Shown here in pieces: positions 48,807-62,500 of a stretch of DNA of 64,000 bases (position 1 is the stretch's first letter; the number at the start of each line of letters is the position of its first letter). The translations under genes and the position numbers were made by a program. The stretch lies in assembly GCA_904063045.1 (NCBI GenBank), contig CAJFCJ010000005.1, positions 4,374,436 through 4,438,435 of the forward strand, written 5' to 3'. A model generated the notes under the pieces. The model had not been told where the DNA came from, ran no database searches, and worked only from the letters and a program-made list of their open reading frames with translations. Source of the stretch: Dimorphilus gyrociliatus. Taxonomy: Eukaryota; Animalia; Annelida.

Positions 48807-51800
48807 TCAATTAGAGATTGTCTTGAAAAAAGAAAATTCTTTTATTGAGAGAGAGAAGGGGAATTGAAAGAAAACAAACTTTTCCTGCAATTTAATAGCC
48901 TTCTTCTGCTTTCGATAAAATGATAATTCGGAAAAAGTATATATCATTGGATTCAATATTGAATTGAATGGAACGAGAAAAATGATGACTATAGCGTAAA
49001 TATCATTGTTTAAATGTAATTCTTTAAACGTTGATATTATCCCTAAAAGTGAAATTGGAGACCAACATAATAAATTCGTTAAAACGATTATTATAATTGT
49101 TTTTGTTAGTTTTAATTGAGTTTTTGCGTGCGTTTTTGAATCTTTCCAAGCCATCATTGATTTCCTTACTTTCATTAATAAACTGGTATAGAATCCGCTA
49201 TTAATAATACTAATTAAAAGTGTAAATACTCCGAAAATGAGGAAAGAAAAGATCCAGCCTTCAGTCTTTTCTCCGCCCACTTGAATATTAAAACAGATTG
49301 GTGACGCCGAATAGAAATTCTAGAAATAAACAAACAAACAAACGTAAAATTTCCAACAGAAACGCTATTCAAGCCTTTTATAAACCTTAAACATTAATAA
49401 TGGTACTATGCCGATTAGCAGGGAAAATGATACCAACAATATTGTCATATGATAAGCGTACTTTGTTAAAAAAGATGTATAATTTGGACGGAGGATGACT
49501 CTATACCTTTCCAAAGTTAACAGTAATATACTCAAAGACGACATAACTAGTGAGCTGGTCATTAAAACTCCAACAAATTTACACAACCAGAATGCTTTCC
49601 ATTTTTCTTCATTTTCCAAAAATGTTCCATAAAATTTTAAATCTACGCAAGCGATTACCAGAACATAAAATGATGTGAAAGTATCGCCAAACACCAGACA
49701 AAGTCTATAGGATTTCGAAGGTCTGTCCGAACTTAATATACAATATATTGATATACAATTCAAGCATACTCCAACAATTCCTATCAGCCAAAATGATACG
49801 CGTAGAAAGGTTGAACTCAATAGGTTGGAACAAGTTTTAAAATACGAAGAATCAGGCCTACAAGTGACGTCTTTTCCCAAAAATTTCCAAGTTAAACAGC
49901 AAAGTTTATAGCTGTTACTAAATAGTCTTGTCAAACTTTCAAGGTTCCTAACGATATAGTAGCTACTTTCCGATGGAAATTTTGTACCATTAAGATGAAG
50001 TTCGTTCAAAGAGGATAAAGAGTTGAATGATAATTCTGAAATAGCATCTAGGCGGCAATTCGTCATTCGAAGAACTTTTAGCAGAGTTAACCTCTTGAAA
50101 CTCTCTCTACCTATACTAATTATCTTTGTTTCTGAAAGGTCAAGGTAATAGAGATGTTGAGAAAATGAAATTATTGTTGAATTTATCGATTGTAAAGGAT
50201 TTCTAGACAAATCCAAATATTGTAGAGCCAACGTTGAATTAACGTTGAAAAACGATAGGTTATAAAGATAATTATACTGTAAAGCCAATATAAAAACATT
50301 CGGAGCGTAAATGGTCGATTCTTTTAACAAACGATTTCTAGTTATATTTAGAATTGTTAAAGAATAGGCTTTATGAAAATTTTCCATCATAAATTCTCCG
50401 TTTAATTCAATCTTTTTATATTTTTCGTTATAAATGAATATCTGCTTTCCCATTTCAATTCTACATTCAATTTCGAATGGAAGAGATTGACGACTTTTAC
50501 ACGAATCTGACGCTGTTATCAACGAATTATAGCAGTATAATTCGTCACTTCCTCTTATACAATCCTTAATTCCGTTGCAGAGATTCTTATTCGGCAAATA
50601 TAAATATTCCATTCTACATTTGAAAAATCCTTTCAATACAAAATTCTCTTGAAAAGAGAAAAGGGGAAAGGATGGAAGGAAAGAATTAATTCTTATCTAA
50701 AGAATAACAAGCAGTTGAAAATTACCGCAATTCTCTTCGTCGTCTTCATGAAAACAATGATTTATTCCATCGCAAATGAATCTAATAGAAATACAATTAT
50801 TCGCTATTTGACACTTGTATTCTCCTCTTTCGCAATTTGTTCTTATCGAACTGATTAATGGTAATTCAGTTGTTCTATTCCCATATACATTATAGACTTG
50901 AACAATCGAATTAGCTTCATCGTATATATAACCTTCTTCCATTTCAAGTCCAACACGCATATATTTACAACTAATCGATTCATTGCATAATATTTCAATT
51001 GGAAAGCAAACCTTTTGACATTCGAATTGTCTGATTGGATTACAATCTAAGCGGAGAATTTTCTTCTATTAATTCAATTATACTGTTAACTTGTTGTTGT
51101 TTACTTTACTTTGTCTATATTTAACGTCAATAGAATTCTTTGAATAGCAATTCTCATCGCTTAAATCCAAACAGTTTCTCTTCTGATCGCATACTTTACT
51201 CGAATGAACGCATTGGCCACTCTTACACTTTCTATAGAATAAGATTAACTGTTCAATTTGATTGATTTTTCTATTAATCTCTTAATCTCTACCTTTCGTC
51301 TTTATCGCATTTACGCTGCTCTGCAAAATTCATCAAACATTAATTGGAGGACGACAGGTAAAAACATCTGAAAAATAAAAATACCGCAATTTTCTTCGTC
51401 CTCGTTATAAGGACAATCTTGGTGATAATCGCAAACTAACGTATAACTGATACTTGTATTCGAACGATGGCATTGAAATTGCGATAGAATAGAATTATTA
51501 CAATTCTCATCTTCGTACGATGGACAATCGTAAATTCCATCGCACAAATAAACAATATTTATGCAAATTTCATCTTTCGAACAATAATAACCGTTACTCG
51601 AACACTTGAACTTTTGGAATTCAAGTTTAAAATTGTTGAAAGTATCTTTTCGTTTCATTTCTTTTCAAGGAAAAAAAGAGAAAAGTTTGTTTTTTTAAAA
51701 AAAAGAAATAAAAGAATTCTTCCAACTCGTAGCATGTTGACAAAAATAAAGCCTATTCGGTTGAATATTACACTGTTTCGCCAATTTAAAACGATACATT

Positions 51801-54800
51801 TCCATACATTTTGAAGAGAATTGAATAAAATATGGTTTTAATTTATGAAAGTAATTGTTAAAGCATGTCTTGGAGTTATTGGCAAAATAGAACATTGGAT
51901 AGTTTGCGTAAGTTACTAAATTCAATTCGTTTCTTTTATTCAATACTCGAGTATGAGCTAAACGGATATAGTATTAATAATATTGTATAGACTGTATATT
52001 CTGTATACTATAATTTATATAGTTTATCTATTAATCTCTTACAAACCAGTGACATACTTGACCAATCTTGTAGTAAGGCCTAATATTCGAACGCCAGTGT
52101 TGAGAAAAGTAATTGTAAAACCTTTATAGTGTGTCGGTATATCTGCAAGGTGTAGATCGTACTCTTGGCAACTCTCTTCCATTTGTTGAACGGTTAATTC
52201 TCTATTGGAAATGATGGACAAATAGCAAACGTGATGTATGGAGAAAGTGTTGTTTCCTTTGCAAGCGATAGACGTAGATGGAGCTAAAGAAGGCAAAAAA
52301 TGGCGATCGACTATTAAAGCTCTTATTCTATTCTAATCCAAGATTTTTAACCATAATCCTTTGCCTGGTAGCATTTAACATGTAGTCTGGGTACCTTTTT
52401 TAATTGATCAGGCTCTAATGGGTCTGTTGAGCTGCGTGCAATACAATTGATCGAATTAATTAATGGTACATAATACAATACAAACTGATTATATACAATA
52501 TACGTGATATCTTACTAACACTCTACTAAATGTACAATTTTTCAAGTTTTCTCCATCATTCGCTCTGCAAACTAATGACCCATTTCTATAACAGATAAAA
52601 AATCAATAATATAAGTTATTAGTCTGCTTATTCACATTGATTAGCTCACTTATCATAATCAAAGAACGAATCGCTAAAGAGATACTCTGAATAGACGTTT
52701 TCATCGCCATTCTGTACGACTGTACCGTCTTCAAATCCATAATATAGACAAACAGCCTTTACGTCTCTAGATGATACGGGAAAGTAATAAACCCAACCGA
52801 TGTCGCCTTCGAACCTTTGAAAGGAACCTTTGTATTCGGAGTACGAATGATTCTTATCTAATATAAAGCCTTTATGATTTATCAATCTAACAAGAAAACC
52901 TGAAATTGATACAACAAGACTGTTGAACTGTATAAAATAATAGGATATAATTCTATCAATACCGATATCGTTCATATCGTCCGAACAGTCCAAGAAAAGT
53001 AAAAGTACAAAAGCTTTACTATAGCTCTCCGTAGATCGATTATAATCGTATTCCATAAAACATTTAGATGTTGTATCGTTAATTTGAGTAAAACTCGTAC
53101 AACCTCCGTAGAAATAAATCTGGATAGAGACAGAGAGAGAGAGAAATGAAATCTTAAAACTTCTAAGCAAAACTCAACAAACAAACCTCTGTAAAATTAC
53201 TCTTAAACATTTTATAACTTTTTCCAATCATCTTCCGTCCGGCATTCATATTAAAATAATGACAGATTAAACTCTCATAATCCGCTTTAGCGTAATAGTT
53301 AACGCTTGAAAAAAATGGTGGCAAAATTCCGTATGATTTAGACACGAAATAGATGTTTGTCAAGTTGATTAATGAATTATACATCATTGAAAATAGATGA
53401 GTTTGATTTGGATTATTATGAAATTTTTCAATAGTTAAATCTAAATAGCATTTTAAAAGAGAAATTGAAAACGCACGTGCATAAAAACTTGTCGAATAAC
53501 CCTAACCCTAACCCTAACCCTAACCCTTGGTTGTGAGATTAATTGTTGACAAGCTTATCCGTCAATCTCCTAATATAGACAATTTACCTTCTATCTCTCC
53601 GTATTGACATTCCATTACGTAACCAAGTTTTAACACATTATCCTCTTGTTCTATTTGGGTAAAGTTTATTACCAATCCATTAATAGAGTTGATTTTACAA
53701 TTTGCATATATGGTTATGTCTGAATGATAAATGAAAAACTCTGATCTCTTGCACAATTCTCTCCTAAATTGTTCACTTTCGGCAATATGAAAGTTATATT
53801 TTTGGTATCTTAACAAAATGAAAGTTTTGTACGAATAAAAGTCTAAAAAAATGATAGAAATATTTCAACTTGTGATAAATTTCAATAGGAATTTACAAGG
53901 AGTTTTTCTCTTAAAGCATTTTAAACAAATTCCCATTTCTATTGTTGTACCATTCTCTAAAATACTATAATACTATTAATGTTATTACTATCAAGAATTC
54001 TAAAGTTTGGCAAAACACTCGCAATTTTGGCGTTTTTCCTTCAAAGTTGATTTGTATAAATTGACTGGGTTTTGATAAAAGTTGACAAGGAAACGCTAAA
54101 GAATGAATATTATCGTATCCCATATTATAGCACATAAATGTTAGATTAGCTCTATAGTCAAAATATTCGACTGGTCCCTTAAAACCAATTGGATAAGTGC
54201 CCTGTAAAGTTTTCATATAGACGAGTCCGCTGACAAACGTATGCGTTGAAGTTTGTATTTCTAAATGAAATTGCTCTCCAACCTCTAGAAACATCAATTA
54301 GTTAGTTTGTCTTAATATACACAAAACATCTACCATTCTTATTACAATCGTAATTCGGAATATATATAATGTTTTCAACGCTTTTGAAATAATCATATGG
54401 ACTTTGTCTTGAGAATATACAATCATATCTTCCCTTCTCTTCAATTATAATTGTACAATTTTCTAGGAAATATATCTGTATGTATTTAACACGATGATAA
54501 AATTGGCTAAATGATCAGCTGTAAGAAACAACAAGAACAACACCTCTTCCTGAGATAATAGGGATAATTCGTAAAGGCTTCTCTTCGAATTTCCCTTCAA
54601 TGAATTATTGGATAGAGATGAACAAATCATTTTTGGTGGTACATTATCCAAGTCTGAAGAGCTACCGAAATATGGTGGCAGAATTCCGTGAGTGTTTGAA
54701 GAGATATAGACATCAGTCTTATTCAGAAGATACGGATAAAATTGGGAAAAAATGAATAAAGCTTCTGCGTTTGAATCCAATTTCTCAATTTTTATATCTG

Positions 54801-55590
54801 AAAGATTAAAACAGATGAAATGTTTCATTTTTCCTTTCTCTTCTTTTTCTTTGAAATCATTTACCATTTAAATGGGAAAATCTACATTCTATTGGAGGAG
54901 AAGTGTAATTCATAATCGTTTTGAATTTAAATTTCGAGTTTATTATAAATTCGGTTCTCTTGCAAATGTTCAAGTGACTATGATTTCTTTGAAAAGCCTC
55001 ATAATTTTTCGTATTTAATCGAAGATAGATACGATATATCGTCCTATTAAATTCATGAGCGAATATATCTAGAATGGGAAATTATTTGGTGATTTTTTAA
55101 CAGTAAACTATCGCTAAATAAACGGCAAAATTAACATGGCTTATCCGTTCTGAAACACTTTAAACATAACAGCCATTTTAAGTTGTTTGAAGAGCCGATT
55201 CTAAAAAAATTGCAAGTAATAGATTATATGAATAATTATACACAGTATACAAGTATACGTGTTGAAACGTGGATAGAAGACACGTTTCGCTATATTCCTA
55301 TTTAAACAGGGACTCGCCACAGAATGAATACTATCGTATCCTGCTTTGAAACATATTTCATTAGTTAAATTTAATTGTAATCTTTCAAACGCAATTTGAT
55401 ATTGCCGATAAGCTTTTGGTGAAAATTTCACAAAAGCCTGACCATAGACGCTACTATCCGATTCCTTGATAATTTCTAAAGAATACGTAAAATTCTCAAT
55501 TATATTGTAGAGAAATGAATATTTATATTGTAATAAATGTATTATTATGGTTAAAAGCAAGTTTCTTTCGCGTATATTCATAAATTTCAT
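48807..55590 (-). CDS. Multi-domain LDLa-LRR GPCR, receptor B (canonical 7TM motifs)
   Basis: Last exon 49319-48807 (NFYSASPIC...TNLLCWSPISLLG...NSILNPMIYTF); LDLa/LRR/TM1-4 exon 50647-49386 (LLLTLERYRVIL); LDLa exons 51046-50726 and within 51311-51658; CTL-like 52039-52296 (CKGNNTFSIHHVCY...EESCQEY); SRCR-like 52646-53170; repeated modules to ~55590. 5' end tentative. Confidence 0.85.
53497..53527 (-). repeat. (TAACCC)x5 interstitial telomere-like repeat in an intron of receptor B
   Basis: Read directly. Confidence 0.85.
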
Positions 55591-56514
55591 CGTCAACAAT
55601 TTTACAACGAACGACGGAAGATGATAATGTCCAGTTGGATAAAGATAAATGAAAAAGAGACGAACAAAACGAACAAAACGTGTCTTTTATTTAATTGCAG
55701 TTTGAAGGAAGAAAGAAGGATTAGATTTCTAATTGAAACGTTCTAATTACAGAAATTACATCAATTTCTCAATTAAATTCATCTTTTTAATAGACAATGA
55801 AGAGATTGAAGAGATTAATTATTTTGTAGAATTTTCTGAACAGTTTTTATTGACGTTATTGAAAAGTAAACATTTTTCAATGTTTAAGTAGAATTTATAT
55901 TTTTTATTTACCTGTTTTCTTAATACATTTCTTGTAAATATGCCTAATGAAAGAATGTCGTCCTTATCGTTTGTACCATTTAAAGGTGTGAATTTCCTCC
56001 AAATCAGAAAGCAACCTTTTCTGGAATTCTGTTCAATAATAACAACAACAACACAATTTCTTATAAACAAATGTTATTCTTATTGGCAAACCGAAATAGA
56101 AATGTTCTTTTCCATTATTTCATCGTCAAAGGCAAACGAGTATTTGTGAGCAAAACATAACGCTATACATATATGCCTAATGTATCTTGTGTGGTTGGAA
56201 GAATGAAAAAATCGTTTAGAAATTGAAGATAATTCCCTATATTGAAACTTATCCGAAAAGATTATTTGATGAGAGAAAGACTTTTCCATGAATGTCAAAG
56301 CTGTGTAAAGAAGAAAAATGATCAATTCTATAGAAAGAGGAATAAAGCTCATTTCCCTGTTCACCCTCCCCCTGCCCCTCCTCCCCCATTAATAAGAAAA
56401 GGCAATTACTGTTCGTGTAAAAGTCTTCTTCCACCTTCTTTAGAACTTCTTCCCTAATTTATCATCATCAAATGAAATAGGCAAATCGTGAAAATTGCAT
56501 CTTTTCGTACACAC

Positions 56515-59500
56515 TTACATTCGTCGAGTATTCTTTTGCTTTTTCAATTGTAAAAACTGCTTTACTCTCACTTTTGAGAATGAAATTGAATAGAAGAACG
56601 TAAGACACCAACTAAACGTAATAATTAACCAGCTATGGTCAATTAACAACTTGAATTTTACAATCTTTAATAACAATTCTATATAAAATCTATATTAAAA
56701 TCTATTCCGGTATTGAAATCATAAAAGACAAACCTATTAAACTTATTGAAATCCATAAAATACAATTTATAATTGAAATTAACGAATAGAATATTTGAAA
56801 TTTTATTGAATAGTCTTTTCCAGTTTTTCTTCTATAGAACGAATTGATTGCGGTAATTGATAATGAAAATGAAGTGATTGCTGTTGAGATGAGTATAAAA
56901 AGTAAATTTGATACGATTAGTTCATTCTTTCCAGTTTCCAAGTTAAAATTCAAACAAATATTTGAATTCGAATGATAATCCTAATCCGTAGTTTTAATCA
57001 ATGTTTAAGGCTTTTTTGTTTAAATATTGAAGAAAATAATTATTCACCTGGAAAAAACTACTGGAAACTATTGCGGTAGATGCAAATGAGACGGATGTAA
57101 ACAATAGAAAATTGAAATATTTCCTAACGAATAAAGAAGAGAAACAATAGAAATAATGATTTTGATAAAATTCAATATTTGTAAGCAGGAAAACTGAATT
57201 CAATGTCCACAAAGAGATTTTCATAATCAATTCAAGGGTTAAACACTGTTTACTCGTCTTCCATACAATTTTATTTATTAAAAAATCCTCTCCGTAATTG
57301 CTGTCGACAAACGCAATTGTTAAAAAATGCACTGAAATGTAAAAACTAGATAAAATAGTTAAAAGATTCGAAAGTCTCCTTCTCTTAATCTCCGCCCATA
57401 GTAGTAGTAGAATAAGGAAGGCTACTAATTGAGATATTATTCCAGTTATACCGCAAATGAAACAAAACATTCTCATTGTTTCATTCTTAATTAGTCTTGA
57501 ACAGGTATCTCTTACGGAATAGATGGATTTACAGACAATACTGTTGAGTTTTTCAACTAGGCAACAAACATTCTCTTCGTTACTGTATATAACTTTTAAA
57601 TGTTTTAAATTTGCAATCTCTTCAACTAGTTCTAAAAGTGCAAAGTTTGTCCCGATTATATTGAATTCTTGGAGAGTTTCCGGCAAATTGAACACTCTTT
57701 GCTGTTCATTTTCCCTATGATATTCAACGATTCTCATCACTTTTAAATAGAGGAAATTCTTTGAGAAAAAATCCTTCTCTATTCCAATGATCCTATTATA
57801 GGAGATGTCAATATACGTTAGATGTTTGGAATGGATTATTAGCAAATCTTTGAGCAGTTGAAATGAATTATGAGAGATATCTAAATGGTAAAGAAGAGGT
57901 AATGATTTGCTTTGTAGAAACTGCAAATTTTCCAATTGATTGTATCTCAAATCAAGATATATTAAATTCGGAGTTGATATTGATAATTTCCATAAAATTC
58001 CATTGTTTCTTATTAAAAGAACAGTAAGAAAGTTTAAATGATCTTTTGTTATAATTTCTGCATTGCCAATCGATTCGAATTTCTTTCTAGTCTTGTCAAT
58101 TACAATTCGAGGCGGTGAAGCTATTGTTTGTAAATTACAAACTGTTGCAAACGGATAAGGTTGTTGGCAATTGATTGAATTTATTGTTGATTCTGTACAA
58201 AATAGTTCGTCGCTTCCCCTTAAACAATCAACAATTCCGTCACATATTTTACTAAAAATGAGGAAAAGATCTTGACCTTTACACTTGAAAAATCCTTCAA
58301 TATTTAAATTTTCTGCGGAAAGGACAAGTCAACAGTCGATTAATGCTGTTATTCTATTTTGAATAGTAAATGTCAAAATCTACCGCAATTATCTTCGTCG
58401 TCTTTGTAGAAACAATGATAAATTCCATCGCAAATAAACATAATTGATATACAATATGTAATTCTTTTACATAAATATTCACCAGTTTGGCAAGCTGTTT
58501 TTAAAAACAAAGTATTTGTTTGTTTTTTTAAAAAAAAAAGCCTTGTAATCTATTCTTACAATGTATTTTTATGGTATTTTCTTCAGATTTTTCAAAGCCT
58601 ATAGTAGTCTGTTCAAAAAACGGATTGCCCTGATTATCAGCTTTGCATATAAACTCTCTATTACAGAGAAATTGACTTGGAAAACACTGATTGTCGCAGC
58701 TAAACTGTAAATCTTTATTGCATCCTGAAAAGAATACAATTTTTGCTCTGTTAACATTGTATATCAATGTCCAGTTAGGGTTAGGGTTATGTCCTCCTAA
58801 CCCTAACCCTAACCCTGGTCCTCTAATCACATTATACATTACCCTGAATATATTCTTCAGAAAGGGAATCATTCTGAAAGCATTTTTCATCACTTTCATC
58901 CAGGCATTGAACTTTATTATTGCAAATGTCTTTAAATTCAATACATTGTCCATTTTTACAAGCGATCCTTTTATTAAAATACAAGTAACGTTTCTTTTTT
59001 TGTTACAAATCTTATACGAGAGGAGATTGATGGAAAATGTCAATTGACATTTTCTACCATCCCTCGTCTATTCAAAATATATATAGCTACTTGTTATCAT
59101 CACTACAATCTTTCCTTGCTGTTTGATCATGTGACATTCGTTTTATTTTATTATAATTCAGTGAAGAATCTCTTCAATAGATTGATATTCTTACCGCAAA
59201 ACATCTCATCCGATTCGTCCGAACAATCAAAAATGTAGTCACAAACTAATGTATAACTTATTGTTTTTTCTGAATTTTTGCATTGAAATTGCTGGAATGA
59301 TTGATTTTTACAATCGTTTTCATCTTCTTTCGAAGGACAATCATTCTTTCCATCGCAAATATAAACGAAATTTATGCAAATTTTATCATTTTTACAAAAA
59401 TAACTGTTGTACGGACAAGAGAAATTTGCTAATTGCTCCAAAGACAACTTTGGGAATGGTGTGCGTTTCTCTTCTATTAAACAAACACATAGAGATTTCA

Positions 59501-62500
59501 ATGCTTTTTTTTTTTATATAAAACGTTTAGAAAATCAACTAAACCAATTATCTTTTGACATATATAATGACCAATAAAGACCGTGTCACTGGATCCTATC
59601 CTTAGACTGGTAGCAATATCATCCGCGTTCTAAGTAAACAAAAGAGGAAAATAGGAGACAGGGAAAAATATATTGTAGATGCGTATGTTTGCTTTTATTA
59701 CAAAGAGCGCAAAATAGCGTGACATATAAAGATTAGGTTTGTCAACGGAATAGGTTGGATAAAACTCTCCGCTTTGTCTGTTAAAACCAAAAATTGTTGA
59801 GCAGTACGAAGATTTTTCTTCCTTTTCTTCCTAAAACAATAGAAAAATGAGATTTGAAAAGAGAGAGAGAGAGAAAGGAAGAAAATGAATTCTTTTGAAT
59901 ACATAAAACTTGAAAAAATAGGACGATGGAAAGTTGTTTGCCGTTACAAAATTCTTGATATTTCTTTTATTAAATACCATTTTAATGGCTGATTAGGTTA
60001 TTTAAATGAGGGGAATAAAAGTATGTTACAAGAAACGCTGTAGTATTATTTAAGTTGCATTCTACAAACGTTGTATCAATCTTAAAGCTAACAATTCGAT
60101 TCCACTATAAAAGAAATAAGTGAGAAACGTCTCTTCAATAAATACTTTATCAATTGTTGGTAAATTTGTTAATGTTAAATTTCTCAATTGGCAAAAATCG
60201 TTCAATTGTATTGGTTTTATGAATTCGTTCGCTTTGAATATGTAGTAGCAGACGTTGAAGAAAATGTAGGCGTCTTTTCCGGGACACGTGACTTTTTATA
60301 ATGAAAGGGTTTAATTTTTTTTTGTTGTTTTTTATTCTTCTTCTTATGATTATTTATATTACAAAACCTTTGGCAGTTGTATTTGAACATTCTATAGTGT
60401 AATATTTGTTAGGAGATAGTTTCTCACTCGTTCGAAAACGCCAAGATCTGGGAAGGAGGACAAGATTGGAAAAATCATTCAAACATCTCTTTCACTCTAG
60501 CAAGATAACGCTTTACTTGAAAGAGAATTTACAATTCAATAAATTCGTTTCACCGTCACGGCATCTTATAAATCCAGAGATTAAGTTTGTTGATACGTAT
60601 TTTCCTCGGATTATACTTGCCGAATTAAATCCGAAATGTGAACAGATTATCCCCAATTCGTGATATCTTATTTCAACGATTTTCACCCATGTCATGTCGA
60701 ATTTCCTTTCCAAATGACCTTTTAGACTGTTTAGAGAATGATTTCTACCAGTTATAATTGACGAATCTTCATTTACAAATCTTAAATTCAACTGAAAAGT
60801 TGTTGTGCATTTCGTATAGAAAATGAATAGTTCAATATGAAACATTGGTAAATCCTTCATGTTCACTAATCTTTCACCAAACCAAACTTGTCTCTGCGGC
60901 AAAAGAAGAGAAGAGAGATTAAGATGAAATCTATAAAAGATTACCTTAAAGTTTGTTCGACTCAATGGACCAGTTAAAGTTTTATTGGCTAGGCATTTTT
61001 TTGAAATGTTTGTATTGTTAACTACAGGAAAATTGTTGTTTATGAGGAATAACGATGGAATAATTCCATAAGTCTTTGTTACGTAGTATACGTTGCTTAT
61101 TTTTGAAAATTCCGGATATTTTACTTGATATATAAATGTATTGTTGATATTCTTTCCGACTTCCTCCAAACTGATATCTTAGAGCGTTATCATTAATAAT
61201 CATACACAGTATATTCAATATAGAAACCTATTCTGCTGATATGTTTGCATATAGCTAGTTTCTTTTCATTATGAATAATATAAGATGAGTATTTAAACTT
61301 GTTTTCGCCGTCGATCTCAATCCAATACTTTCCCTTTATTTTGAGACTATTGAATATCTTCATTATTAAAAATTCGGATTTTTCACAAATTCTCTTATCT
61401 TCAAATCCGAATAGATTGAATGCTTGAAATTGTTTCCTTAGCATAATAAATGCCGAATTGTCTGAATCGTGAAGAGTAAAGATGTCTACAACATACAAGT
61501 ATAAACGGTATATATAGATATATATATATAACCATCTCGTATACATCAATCTAAAATCGATTCTTACAGGCTACCGATGGCTTGAAACATTTCAGACAAA
61601 GTCCAACTTCCGTTTTGTCTAAATTCAAATATCTTAATACAAACAAATAAACAAACAATAAATAATATGGCAGAGAAAAATACTATAAATAACAGACAAA
61701 CAAACACTTACGAAACGAAACTATTACGTTCTACACTCAAAGAAATGAACGGCATTTCTGGAATTGATAATCTACACGGTGAAGCAACTGAATGAATATA
61801 ATCGTATCCCAATTGACGACATATTGAATTATAGAAGAAATTATCATCCCATAATTGGTATTTAACGTTGATAATTCTACCAAAACGATTTACGAAAACG
61901 GATATTAAACCGTAAATAAATGTATTGCCATTTTCGTAAATATTTAAAAAGTAATTGGGATCCAATGTCAGTTTAACTGGAAAGAATGACGAGTGTTTTG
62001 TTTTTTTTTTACTAGTATTCATTCATTAATCAATCAATCAATCAATTTTATACTTTTACTATTGACACATTCAATGTCGTCAAGAATTAAGAGATTGGCG
62101 TCTATTTTGTCGTCATGATGGACGAATTTTGAAAAGATTCTCTCGCAGTTGAACGACTCTTCAACACTTTTCAACTGCCGACACTTTTCAAAGTAGACTA
62201 TCTATTAATAAAGCAGTTGAATAATTGTTAATAAAAACTATTAAACATTGCCCGTTTTCCACCTTCTTTCCCAATACGGAATTTCTGAAAAAATCACGTG
62301 ACAATCTCCTCGTAAAAAACCAACAAACGTCGCTGAAAGGAAATTGAAAATTTGTATGATTATAAATAAAAGGTGGAATTATTCCATAAGTTTTTGACAC
62401 AAATTGAAATCTAATGGCAGGGAAAATATCTCTGTTATTCGTTTGTAATTTCAGGTCTGCAATTGAAGAATATCAGTTAGTTTTCTCTTCCCCGTCTTCC

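Noticed and set aside
58774-58813. Evidence of a whole-chromosome telomere fusion site
   Set aside because: Only 2-3 units per side, inside an intron of a continuous gene, without subtelomeric context. Kept only as a small-scale observation.
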